From IMG/VR virus record IMGVR_UViG_3300032242_001185, positions 1 through 61,916 of that record: a stretch of DNA of 61,916 bases. One strand, written 5' to 3'. The position numbers were made by a program, and so were the translations under genes. This DNA comes from a virus (taxonomy: Duplodnaviria > Caudoviricetes). How positions within the stretch are numbered: the first letter of the stretch is position 1; each line of letters begins with the position of its first letter. Positions 7,261-15,352 of this stretch are shown here, piece by piece. The notes below the pieces were generated by a model. That model had not been told where the DNA came from and made no database searches. It saw only the letters and a program-made list of their open reading frames with translations.

Positions 7261-9305
7261 TGGTTGTCCTTTACAAGTTTGATTTCGCAAGCATCGGTCG
7301 TGCAGTAAGCCTCACCGATAGCGTCAATAGCAAGCCCAGCGTACACTCCAGCAAAGTCGATAGGGAAGAGTTGCTTTCCATAAGTCAAGTACTCGTCCTC
7401 CGTAATCTGCGTGTAAGGCATCTGAGGGTAAGTGTCGTTACCCATAGGCAAGAACGACACAGTCTTCAACTGACCATCGTACAAATGCAAAGCCGTACCC
7501 ACAGCATCGGCTTCTTTGTTTGTGTCGAAGGTGATTGTTACGGAGACCGAGTTGTCGCTCCAATAGCGTTGAGCAGTAGAAGCCAAAGCCATCTTTTCGT
7601 AAATAGAAACTTCTTTCTCCGAACGAGAAGCCTCGGACTTGATAGGGAAGAAGACCACCGAGGTAGTTTCTGGGGATTCGGAAGCAGGTTCAACACGATA
7701 GTTAGCCATCTTGAAAAGTTCAAGCATTGGGTCGCTGTTGGAGAAACGGATAGCACGATTGAAGAACTTTCCTCCAGCAGTCCAGTGAACCCCTGGCGAC
7801 TCTCCAGCCAAGATGGATACAGTGCCCGAAGGCTTTACAGTGGTGGTTTTGATGGATTCACGAATACCAAGCCACTCGCTGTAAGTCTTGTCGTAAGCCT
7901 GAACAATCTTGTAGCCTTCATCCATCCATTGACGAAGAACATGGTGTCCCTTGTTGTCAGCAAAGTTGGCAACACCGCTAATGGAAGTTCCAATACGGCG
8001 GTTGCGTTGCATGATGGAGTTCGTCTCTTCCCAGTGTGTAGGAAGCAAAGTCACAGTTTTGGCGTAAAGATAAGCGAACTTCAAAGTCCTTTTGAAGTCC
8101 TCAAGCGAGTCGTGGCGGTTGAGGTAAGTTTCCACAAGCGTGCACATCTCAAAGGATTCAAGCGATTGTTCGGCGCAAGGGTTGTAGCCCATTACACGCC
8201 AATCCTTGTTGTTTGGAGCATCCACAAGCCTTCCATAAGCACGGGAAGTATCCATCCAAATAACGCCAGGCTCACCATTGCGAACGATTCCATCAACAAT
8301 AGGTGCAAAGTCTGTTCCGACAGATACTTCAACCGAGTTGTTGCTCATCCAAGCCCAACCTGGGGCTTCAGGGTCATAAGAGTTGCGCTCAGGGAAGACT
8401 TCTGCGTTTTTCAAGTTCAAGAAGTTGTCATCGTCAATGCGACCGATAAGCAGTTCAGCAGAACGGCGGACATTACCAGAGACGACGCAGACACCAATCA
8501 GGTTTCCAATGTCAGCAAGGTCTTTACGAGTAAGAGTTTCGCCTTTGCGACCCAAAAACAAGTTGCGGATGTGATTGTGAAGTTTAATCAAAGGCTCTGG
8601 TCCAGAAGCAGTGCCACCAAAAGTTTTGATGATAGCGCCGTAAGGACGAATTTGGTCATAGTTGAAATCCCAAGAAGGTTGGTCTGGTTTCAAGAAAGAG
8701 TTGATAAGAGCCGTAGTGCTTTCTTGCCAACCTTCACGAGTATCAGGAATGTCATAGTTTTGAGGTGCTCCAGGGGCATAAATCTCAAAGCCTTTGTCTG
8801 CACCCTTATCATCAAAGCCAACTCCGACACCAAGCATCGAAGCCTCCATAAGAAAGGCGAAAGGCTTGGCTGGGTTGTTCTTAGTCATTTCGTTAGTAGA
8901 CACGAAAGCACAGTTTTGCAAAGCCGCCGAGTTCTTTTGAGTGTTTACGATGTCCGTGCCCATAACCCACAAGCCACGACCTGGGGGAGTCCACTTGAGA
9001 TTAAAGAGACGGTCATAAGCCTCTTTTGCTGAAGCCGCCGCCTTTGCGTCTGACCAAGGCAAACGTGAAGACTTTGCCCAATCTTTTTGAAGGGAATACA
9101 TGCCGTTGATAACACGCTCACATACTTCGACCCAAGTTTCCTTAGTGCCGTCTTCCTTTTTACGGGAGTATGTGCGGAGGAATGTAATCTCACCTACGGA
9201 GTTTCCTGCTACATCTGCGTATCCAAACGGTGCTTTCTTTCCTTTGTACCCTGCAACGAAATCGTCCGCTAGTTTGAAGGAGAAGTTAACCATTAAAGCC
9301 ACCAT
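7257..9305 (-). CDS. nrdJ: Class II (adenosylcobalamin-dependent) ribonucleoside-triphosphate reductase, monomeric RTPR type
   Basis: PPGRGLW, NCAF, NVRRSA, NPCAEQ, TVKPSGT and C-terminal CTTDAC; no beta-subunit gene nearby. Confidence 0.92.
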   Translation of the reverse strand: MVALMVNFSFKLADDFVAGYKGKKAPFGYADVAGNSVGEITFLRTYSRKKEDGTKETWVEVCERVINGMYSLQKDWAKSSRLPWSDAKAAASAKEAYDRLFNLKWTPPGRGLWVMGTDIVNTQKNSAALQNCAFVSTNEMTKNNPAKPFAFLMEASMLGVGVGFDDKGADKGFEIYAPGAPQNYDIPDTREGWQESTTALINSFLKPDQPSWDFNYDQIRPYGAIIKTFGGTASGPEPLIKLHNHIRNLFLGRKGETLTRKDLADIGNLIGVCVVSGNVRRSAELLIGRIDDDNFLNLKNAEVFPERNSYDPEAPGWAWMSNNSVEVSVGTDFAPIVDGIVRNGEPGVIWMDTSRAYGRLVDAPNNKDWRVMGYNPCAEQSLESFEMCTLVETYLNRHDSLEDFKRTLKFAYLYAKTVTLLPTHWEETNSIMQRNRRIGTSISGVANFADNKGHHVLRQWMDEGYKIVQAYDKTYSEWLGIRESIKTTTVKPSGTVSILAGESPGVHWTAGGKFFNRAIRFSNSDPMLELFKMANYRVEPASESPETTSVVFFPIKSEASRSEKEVSIYEKMALASTAQRYWSDNSVSVTITFDTNKEADAVGTALHLYDGQLKTVSFLPMGNDTYPQMPYTQITEDEYLTYGKQLFPIDFAGVYAGLAIDAIGEAYCTTDACEIKLVKDNQ

Positions 9306-9372
9306 TTTCTGTTTTGTCTAAATACCCCTCGATTGGGGGACTTCTATTGTCTCTTAGAACAGCCTACATACC

Positions 9373-10109
9373 TTCTGATAACTTCGCAAGAAAATGATTA
9401 TTTTTGGCTCCCGAACGTATCCAACCATCAAGTATAACTGTTATCAGATACTACTTTTCAAATCCGTCACGAATAATCATGGTAGTTTGCTCTTCAGAAA
9501 TGGCTGGTCGCATCTCTCGTGCGGCGGCAACACGGTCACCAAAAATAGCAGACAAAACACCTTGGCTGGCGTTGCGTTGAGCAGTGATTTGAATGAACTC
9601 TTTGTTCTCGTCCAAGGTCTTCAACTTCTCCAACATCTTGAAGTATCTATCCATCTCTTGAGACAAATTAGGGTCTGCGTAACCACCGTTCATTTCTTCC
9701 GCATACCGCATAAACGCTACTCTTTGGGCTTGCATCTCCAACATGGCGGTGTTCAATGCTTTCAACTGGTCAGGGGTTTTTACTTCCACTGGTAAGTTAA
9801 ATGCACAGGTGTTTGCGGGCTTAAATGCGGGGCAGTTTGCTGCCACAAAACAGGTATCACACTGTCTTAAGGAGGTTGTTTGGGACTGTACGACAGGTAC
9901 TTGTTTGAGGACATCGTGACCGTCTTGGCTTTCTACAACAGTCTTCATTTCGTACCCAAAAACAGGCATGGAGGTCATCTCCATTGGGTCTCTTTGTACT
10001 ACTTCTGTGCGTTCCAGTTTCCGCATTTCGAAACCACTGTTATCAGAAGACCCCAACCCTAATTCCATCAAACCACTGTATAGGGTGTCATCACTGTTAT
10101 CAGATACTA
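9373..10109. repeat. Cluster of TCTGATAAC/GTTATCAGA motifs, including an exact 17-bp direct repeat ACTGTTATCAGATACTA
   Basis: 17-mers at 9437-9453 and 10093-10109; 12-mer ACTGTTATCAGA at 10036-10047; inverted core at 9374-9382. Confidence 0.85.
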
Positions 10110-10953
10110 TGGGGTCTTTTTTGCCCCCAGGAATAAACTTTAGGTCTGGCTTATCTTTGTCCATGTTTGCCTCTAACTGTAAATACGACCAAACTGCAAC
10201 CTTTGTTGCTTCCTGGTCTTTGTCTTCAATAAAGTTGTCGAAGTTTAAATTAGCCTGAGAAATGACACGCTGGTATCTTTTACGGGCTTGGTCTTTCATA
10301 CTTTTCGGGTATCTAACCAGTTTAGTGCCATCCCAAATGATTGTCTCGCCTCTTCGCATCGGACTTAACCATGACAATGTGCTGGCTGTAGTAAATGGAA
10401 TCTGTCGGAGATTGTCTGGTTTAGCGGTTGCTAATGCGTGAAACTGTGTCCCCGTAGTTGCTTTCAGGGTGCGGGTTAGCCCTGCCAATGATGGTGTTGA
10501 TTCGATACTTTCATGCGGTATCGCAATGTTTTTATACTCTTTTGACCACGACTGTAAGAGGTTAGTGCGGTATTTATCGTGCCAAACAATCCACATTTTT
10601 TCGTCATAATCAAACGCTTCTCGCTGTTGGAGAATCCAATCAAACCCCATAACTTGAGAATCAAACTCTATCCAACCTTCAATGCGGTCGTGATTGGTGG
10701 CTACAAACTCTTGATAATCTGCTGCGTAATTTTCTAGTTCACGCCTGGACAGGTTTGCTTTATCTGCTTGAACTGCGCCAGAATCTACCCACACTTTCAT
10801 GTTTGGCATGAACTGTTCGTTGATTAGATACAGTTTTGTTTTAGGCAATCCCCGCTTACGGAGACCCCAATAGTTCAACATTACGTGGGTTACTCCGTTA
10901 CGCTCCAACAGGGTGCGGTTAGAAGGAATCTCCACTCCACCAAAAATAATCAT
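9451..10953 (-). CDS. Divergent tRNA/DNA-guanine transglycosylase (TGT/DpdA)-like domain fused to a Cys-rich C-terminal domain
   Basis: WVDSGA, IEFD and FHALA...IPFTTASTLSW...RRG follow the order of phage TGT-like motifs; C-terminal CDTC-x5-C-x8-C followed by a helical tail. Confidence 0.55.
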   Translation of the reverse strand: MIIFGGVEIPSNRTLLERNGVTHVMLNYWGLRKRGLPKTKLYLINEQFMPNMKVWVDSGAVQADKANLSRRELENYAADYQEFVATNHDRIEGWIEFDSQVMGFDWILQQREAFDYDEKMWIVWHDKYRTNLLQSWSKEYKNIAIPHESIESTPSLAGLTRTLKATTGTQFHALATAKPDNLRQIPFTTASTLSWLSPMRRGETIIWDGTKLVRYPKSMKDQARKRYQRVISQANLNFDNFIEDKDQEATKVAVWSYLQLEANMDKDKPDLKFIPGGKKDPIVSDNSDDTLYSGLMELGLGSSDNSGFEMRKLERTEVVQRDPMEMTSMPVFGYEMKTVVESQDGHDVLKQVPVVQSQTTSLRQCDTCFVAANCPAFKPANTCAFNLPVEVKTPDQLKALNTAMLEMQAQRVAFMRYAEEMNGGYADPNLSQEMDRYFKMLEKLKTLDENKEFIQITAQRNASQGVLSAIFGDRVAAAREMRPAISEEQTTMIIRDGFEK

Positions 10954-11435
10954 TCAAACCTTACGCCTTCGCTGCGTGTTAGGCGGGCATCTTTGGTGCG
11001 AATCTCATTTTGTTTACGGATAGCCTCTTCGATTTCTGTCCATGCTCTAACTTTTTTAGGTGCGTCGGGACGAAACTCTACACGAGTGTAGGAGGGGACG
11101 CCGAACATCATGCATGGGATGCCTTGTTCAAATGCGTACGCCCAAAACTCTGGGTCATGAGTAATGACGAGGTCAATGTTTCCGTTTGCTCTGGCAGCCT
11201 TCAACTGGCGCTGCTTCAATGGCTCATCCACTAGTCTGATGGAGGAATCAATCAGGCGGTCGTAATCAACAACTTTGTTAACATTTATCCACTGTTGGGC
11301 TTCTGCTTCTGACAGTTCAGTCATGAAAATGAGTTGGTTATAGGCGGCTAATTGTGCCACCATGATGATGCCCATGGAGATGGGCTCATCTCTTTGCCCT
11401 CTGAGCACTCCGTCTAGTTCTACAAGTATTTGCAT
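10950..11435 (-). CDS. HAD-superfamily-like protein with altered motif I (ELDGVL)
   Basis: ILVELDGVL, LIFMT and IDLVITHD resemble HAD motifs I, II and IV. Confidence 0.55.
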   Translation of the reverse strand: MQILVELDGVLRGQRDEPISMGIIMVAQLAAYNQLIFMTELSEAEAQQWINVNKVVDYDRLIDSSIRLVDEPLKQRQLKAARANGNIDLVITHDPEFWAYAFEQGIPCMMFGVPSYTRVEFRPDAPKKVRAWTEIEEAIRKQNEIRTKDARLTRSEGVRFE

Positions 11436-11441
11436 GGTTTC

Positions 11442-11540
11442 CTATTTTGCTTCGTAACAATCACATTTGCATTTATCTTCTGTGCAAACATCTTGGTATA
11501 ACTCATGTCCACACATCCGACATGTATCCGTTAGTGACAC
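11442..11540 (-). CDS. Cys-rich micro-protein (32 aa, MSLTDTCRMCGHELYQDVCTEDKCKCDCYEAK)
   Basis: Translated by hand; its GTG start overlaps the NTase stop codon; fills the gap in the operon. Confidence 0.55.
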   Translation of the reverse strand: MSLTDTCRMCGHELYQDVCTEDKCKCDCYEAK

Positions 11541-12445
11541 TATTTGCGTCCTTGCAATGCTGCACGGCGAATCAAAGTATTCACATCAGGTAGTTCTACC
11601 CCATAAGTGGCTGCCTGTGTGCTTTTGGTCATGTTCGAGGTGTATTTGCGAATGTTGCGAAGTTTATCAATCGTCCCCAAACGCTTACCTGCTTGCCAAC
11701 GATAGTTATTAAAATCTCCATAACCTTCGCCTGTTGGAGAAAACGCTTGACTGCGGTTGCCGTGAATCTCGCCATAAAGGGCTTCGCCCTGCTGCGCTGC
11801 AGCGTTCAAACGAACTTCAGCGTTACGGCGGTTAGCACCCGAACGAGACTCCTGCACATCTTGTACAGCCGTGCTGAACCGTGTGTGAATCTGTTGAGTC
11901 TTAGTAAAGTCTTCGCTAACAATTCGGTCCCAATCGGCGTTAGAAGGGGCTGACTGGGTTGGGTCTGGTGTTACCGTCCATTCGCCGTATTTGAGGTCGT
12001 AGGCGGCGTATGGCTTGATTGAGCGTATGTCTGTGGCTGTTGGGTTCACATAGAATGTGAGTTCGTACCCATTCCAGTTCTCTGTCTGAGGTTGGAGATT
12101 TTGGCGAAAATCATCGTTCAACTCTTCCGAAATCTCGTTGTCGGAAAGTCCACGGAAATCTGCGTTTGCTTTACGAAACGCAACAAAATCGATGCCTACA
12201 AGGCAATCGAGGTCCCCAGGCTGGCGGGCGGCACTCCACTGATAGGAGACGCCTGACCCCGCCAACCATGGGTGAGACCACACTTCAGGTTGGCTGTACT
12301 TCTGTTGGAGAAAATCCTGCAACAGTTGAATTATTCCTTTACGAACCCAATCACGAAGTTCTCTACCCTGGAATATGTTAGGGTCTAGGTCCGTTGAGGG
12401 TGCGCTGAAATAAGAGGTTGGGTTTTCAGCACCTGAACTAATCAT
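11540..12445 (-). CDS. Pol-beta superfamily nucleotidyltransferase
   Basis: LAGS...GDLDC motif, third acidic strand YELTFY, and YDL...W. Confidence 0.75.
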   Translation of the reverse strand: MISSGAENPTSYFSAPSTDLDPNIFQGRELRDWVRKGIIQLLQDFLQQKYSQPEVWSHPWLAGSGVSYQWSAARQPGDLDCLVGIDFVAFRKANADFRGLSDNEISEELNDDFRQNLQPQTENWNGYELTFYVNPTATDIRSIKPYAAYDLKYGEWTVTPDPTQSAPSNADWDRIVSEDFTKTQQIHTRFSTAVQDVQESRSGANRRNAEVRLNAAAQQGEALYGEIHGNRSQAFSPTGEGYGDFNNYRWQAGKRLGTIDKLRNIRKYTSNMTKSTQAATYGVELPDVNTLIRRAALQGRK

Positions 12446-12457
12446 GGTACTAGTTTA
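12443..12457 (-). promoter_or_regulatory. Putative -10 element TAAACT for a leaderless NTase-operon transcript
   Basis: TAAACT-AGTACC-ATG, with 6-nt spacing and no SD sequence. Confidence 0.5.
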
Positions 12458-12745
12458 CTCTGTCGGAGCGATACTCTCTGGGTCAATGCCACGCTCCTTT
12501 AGAGCGTCCTTAACCTTTGCCGAAGGGGTTGGTGTTGGCTGAGTCAACTGTGCAACGACACCTGTAACAACACGGTCGATGAGCAACTGACGGTCAAACT
12601 CCTCAACAATCTGCTTTGCGGTTGCGTAAACATCCCAGTTGGTTGCTACACGCTTGGCTTCGATTGCTTCTGTTGGAAGTTCGGTCTGCGAGGTTAGTGT
12701 TCCGTCATCGTTTACTGTGATGAGGAAGAATGTTTCTACTGCCAT
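12455..12745 (-). CDS. Hypothetical protein
   Basis: 96-aa ORF; SD AAGGAG. Confidence 0.75.
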   Translation of the reverse strand: MAVETFFLITVNDDGTLTSQTELPTEAIEAKRVATNWDVYATAKQIVEEFDRQLLIDRVVTGVVAQLTQPTPTPSAKVKDALKERGIDPESIAPTE

Positions 12746-12876
12746 TAGTTCTCCTTGTTTACTAGACGACGCTTAACTGCATCGAATACTTTAGGGCGCT
12801 TTTTAGACGCTTTTTGATTTGGACGGTCTGTGCCCTTTTTTACTGGGACTGGTGGTGCACCTTTTCCTTTTGCCAT
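12745..12876 (-). CDS. Small basic protein (43 aa, MAKGKGAPP...VNKEN)
   Basis: Translated by hand; TAATG coupling. Confidence 0.6.
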   Translation of the reverse strand: MAKGKGAPPVPVKKGTDRPNQKASKKRPKVFDAVKRRLVNKEN

Positions 12877-12885
12877 AACTACCTT

Positions 12886-13449
12886 CTACTTGTTGTACAT
12901 GCCCATAATAGCACGGCGGCGTTGAACAACTTGACCGTGGTAAGGGCAGAAGTGGCAGGTATAAATCTTTGGACCTTCCAAGTGTTCTGGCTTAGGCAGA
13001 CCCAACTCTCCACGCTCTTTAGCGGTGTCAGGTAGCAAACGCTTAGATGGTGACTCGTAATCGTCACAGTTGTCTTTAGGCTGTAGATGTTTCATCCAAC
13101 AGTTCATTGCTTCTTCAGCAAATGTCATTTTGGTTTCGTAGTAAGACTTTTCTGGGTCTAGTTCGTCTAAACCACGTGAGCCACCTTTACGGAGTTGCTC
13201 AAGGATTTCTGCTTTGTCTTTTTCGTTTGCCCACGACTTAACTGGGACTTTAAATAAGCGACCTTTGTGCTCTTCGCCTGAAGGAAACTTGTGTGGTTCG
13301 CAAGCAATCTCTAGAAGGTAATCAAAATTGGTTGGACCTTCGTAGTCTGGTAGTTCTTCAATGGTTTCGCATACCAAACATACGAGTAGACGAATAATCG
13401 GTCCCTCGATAGGTTTTGACCCAATTACTGGTTTAAAATCTTCTGCCAT
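12886..13449 (-). CDS. Hypothetical metal-binding protein (CLVC, H...H, CHFC)
   Basis: 187-aa ORF; SD AAGGAG. Confidence 0.75.
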   Translation of the reverse strand: MAEDFKPVIGSKPIEGPIIRLLVCLVCETIEELPDYEGPTNFDYLLEIACEPHKFPSGEEHKGRLFKVPVKSWANEKDKAEILEQLRKGGSRGLDELDPEKSYYETKMTFAEEAMNCWMKHLQPKDNCDDYESPSKRLLPDTAKERGELGLPKPEHLEGPKIYTCHFCPYHGQVVQRRRAIMGMYNK

Positions 13450-13473
13450 TTTGTGCTCCTTATTAATAATGTG

Positions 13474-13845
13474 TTAAAAAAAACGGCGAATCCCACGATG
13501 TCTCAGCGAATAGTTCTGAGCGATGTCAGTAGGTGTTATAAAAGAATGACCTTGAACATTGCTGCCAGATGACGCAAGTACTCTATGTACAAAATCGGCT
13601 TTATCTGCTGCTCTATCCAAGAAAATTGCGGCATCGTCATGTTGCCCAGCATCATGCAATTGTTTTGAAATGTGATTATTTGCAAATGCAGAGTTAAGAT
13701 GCTCATTAATTGCGTCTGCGTTTTCGTCGCTAATTCCAACTTGGTGGGTGTTTGCCAAATTGGTGAGTACTTCATGCATGCGTTCATGGTGGTTACCGCC
13801 CTGCATGCTCAAACGTCGTGCTTTTTCGTATGCTGATTCAGCCAT
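13474..13845 (-). CDS. His-rich helical hypothetical protein (HDAG family, copy 2)
   Basis: Start at MAESAY (TAATG overlap); similar by eye to the adjacent gene. Confidence 0.7.
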   Translation of the reverse strand: MAESAYEKARRLSMQGGNHHERMHEVLTNLANTHQVGISDENADAINEHLNSAFANNHISKQLHDAGQHDDAAIFLDRAADKADFVHRVLASSGSNVQGHSFITPTDIAQNYSLRHRGIRRFF

Positions 13846-14231
13846 TAGAACTCCCAACCATAATCTTCATCTTTGTAGGCTTTTGCTTGCCCATGTACAT
13901 AATCTTCGACAGTTTCTTGATAACCAGAAGAATGTTTAGGACCCATGTAAGTTGCAGACTCCGAAGGTGTTCCTTTAAGCATGCTTGCAACGTTATCAAT
14001 GTGCTGTGCGGCAACTTTCAAATGACTGTGTGCAGCCTTGTAACGACCCGCATCGTGGTTGTCTTGTGACAAGAAAATGCTTCTCATGGAGTTACCAAGA
14101 AGAGTGTTTACTTGCTCCTTAGTTGGGTCATCAAAACCAGCAGAGTTAACTGCGCCCTGCAGTTTGTCTGCCTGAGCCTTTACCTCGTACTGGCGGTCTG
14201 CAAGACCGTCATTTTCATAGTGTTTAGCCAC
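13845..14231 (-). CDS. His-rich helical hypothetical protein (HDAG family, copy 1)
   Basis: 128-aa ORF; translationally coupled. Confidence 0.7.
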   Translation of the reverse strand: MAKHYENDGLADRQYEVKAQADKLQGAVNSAGFDDPTKEQVNTLLGNSMRSIFLSQDNHDAGRYKAAHSHLKVAAQHIDNVASMLKGTPSESATYMGPKHSSGYQETVEDYVHGQAKAYKDEDYGWEF

Positions 14232-14233
14232 GA

Positions 14234-14440
14234 TTACTTACCTGGGTTAACCTTTGCAGGGTATTCGCTTGTTACAAAACCATAACCATAGAAAGGGTGG
14301 AGTGACTGACGGTTGTCCACAGTCTCTTCGTGACCCTGTGAGTCTCCGACCTGAGTGTCTGGGCGAACCTTACGGTACTTGCCGTCTGTTGCGCCTTCTG
14401 CGAGGCTTTCGTTCATTGAACGTGATGTATTAACTGCCAT
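14234..14440 (-). CDS. Hypothetical protein
   Basis: 68-aa ORF in the operon. Confidence 0.7.
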   Translation of the reverse strand: MAVNTSRSMNESLAEGATDGKYRKVRPDTQVGDSQGHEETVDNRQSLHPFYGYGFVTSEYPAKVNPGK

Positions 14441-14452
14441 GATTACTTCTTT

Positions 14453-14689
14453 CTATTCGCCCATTGGGTGGTACATAGTGGTGTGGGTTACTTTACCGTC
14501 AACAACAAAACGCTTACGCCCACCCTTACCAATGTTTAGCGCAGAGTAATCTCGGGCTGCTTTCATACCGTTTCCTTGGTATGAACGGACAGTTTTCCAA
14601 GAACCTTTGTTTGTACGAGTTTGAATTTCGTGTACAGAAGTTTCATGGTTTGGGCTAGAACTTGGTGCTCTGTTAGGTACTGGTTCCAT
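14453..14689 (-). CDS. Hypothetical basic protein with N-terminal MEPVPNRA
   Basis: 78-aa ORF; translationally coupled. Confidence 0.65.
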   Translation of the reverse strand: MEPVPNRAPSSSPNHETSVHEIQTRTNKGSWKTVRSYQGNGMKAARDYSALNIGKGGRKRFVVDGKVTHTTMYHPMGE

Positions 14690-14961
14690 TAGAGTCCCTT
14701 ACTCATCGATGCACGGCGGTTCAAATACTGAAGAGTCTTCTGGGCTTCACCAGCGTCACCATTGTGGGCGGCAAGCAAATCCTGCTGAGTACCCTGCAAA
14801 CGGTTGTATGCGTCAACAACGTCCTCGCCTGGGCGCTCTTCCGAAGATGCGTTACGGGCGTCAATCCAAGCCTTGGTAGCATCCATGTGAGCCTTTGCGG
14901 CTGCGAGTTGGTAACCGTTTCTTACTAATCCACCTTCACGGCGGTCAGTGTATGAGGTCAT
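14689..14961 (-). CDS. Hypothetical protein (MTSYTDRR...)
   Basis: Start moved to the ATGA overlap at 14961. Confidence 0.65.
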   Translation of the reverse strand: MTSYTDRREGGLVRNGYQLAAAKAHMDATKAWIDARNASSEERPGEDVVDAYNRLQGTQQDLLAAHNGDAGEAQKTLQYLNRRASMSKGL

Positions 14962-15158
14962 GCCATTTTTCCTTTCACACGTCGGTCCATACGACCCTGT
15001 TTGCACGGTGCACACAGACCCTTGTTGTACATGAACTCGACAGGGTTAACAATCACACCACACATTGGGCAAGGTGCTGACCCTTTATACAGTGTAGCAT
15101 TTTGGGCTATTTGGTACGCCTGTAACTCTAAAGTTTCTCCGCCATCGCCATTAAACAT
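14958..15158 (-). CDS. Zinc-ribbon protein (CPMC...CAPC)
   Basis: 66-aa ORF with two CxxC pairs. Confidence 0.7.
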   Translation of the reverse strand: MFNGDGGETLELQAYQIAQNATLYKGSAPCPMCGVIVNPVEFMYNKGLCAPCKQGRMDRRVKGKMA

Positions 15159-15352
15159 TAGTTCATGTCCTCTCTAATAGCGTTGCGCTTCTTATCGCTA
15201 CGAGTACTGTTGCGTTTTTCTGCACGGCTTTTGTTTGCACCAGTCTTAAATGCACCTTGCGCTTGGTTTAACGCTTCACGTTCTGCTTTTAAACGAACAG
15301 CGTTAACATCAATTTGCATGCGCTTAGTTGCACGGTTGGGTACTGGTCTCAT
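15158..15352 (-). CDS. Hypothetical basic protein with N-terminal MRPVPNRA
   Basis: 64-aa ORF; translationally coupled. Confidence 0.65.
   Translation of the reverse strand: MRPVPNRATKRMQIDVNAVRLKAEREALNQAQGAFKTGANKSRAEKRNSTRSDKKRNAIREDMN

Noticed and set aside
7260-9032. 590-aa + strand ORF antisense to nrdJ
   Set aside because: Exactly antisense and in codon register with a conserved enzyme; no SD or motifs. Best explained as a shadow ORF from codon bias.
9306-9450. Possible cobalamin riboswitch or NrdR box upstream of nrdJ
   Set aside because: No B12-box or NrdR consensus recognised; only a short CCCC/GGGG hairpin and the TCTGATAAC repeats are present.
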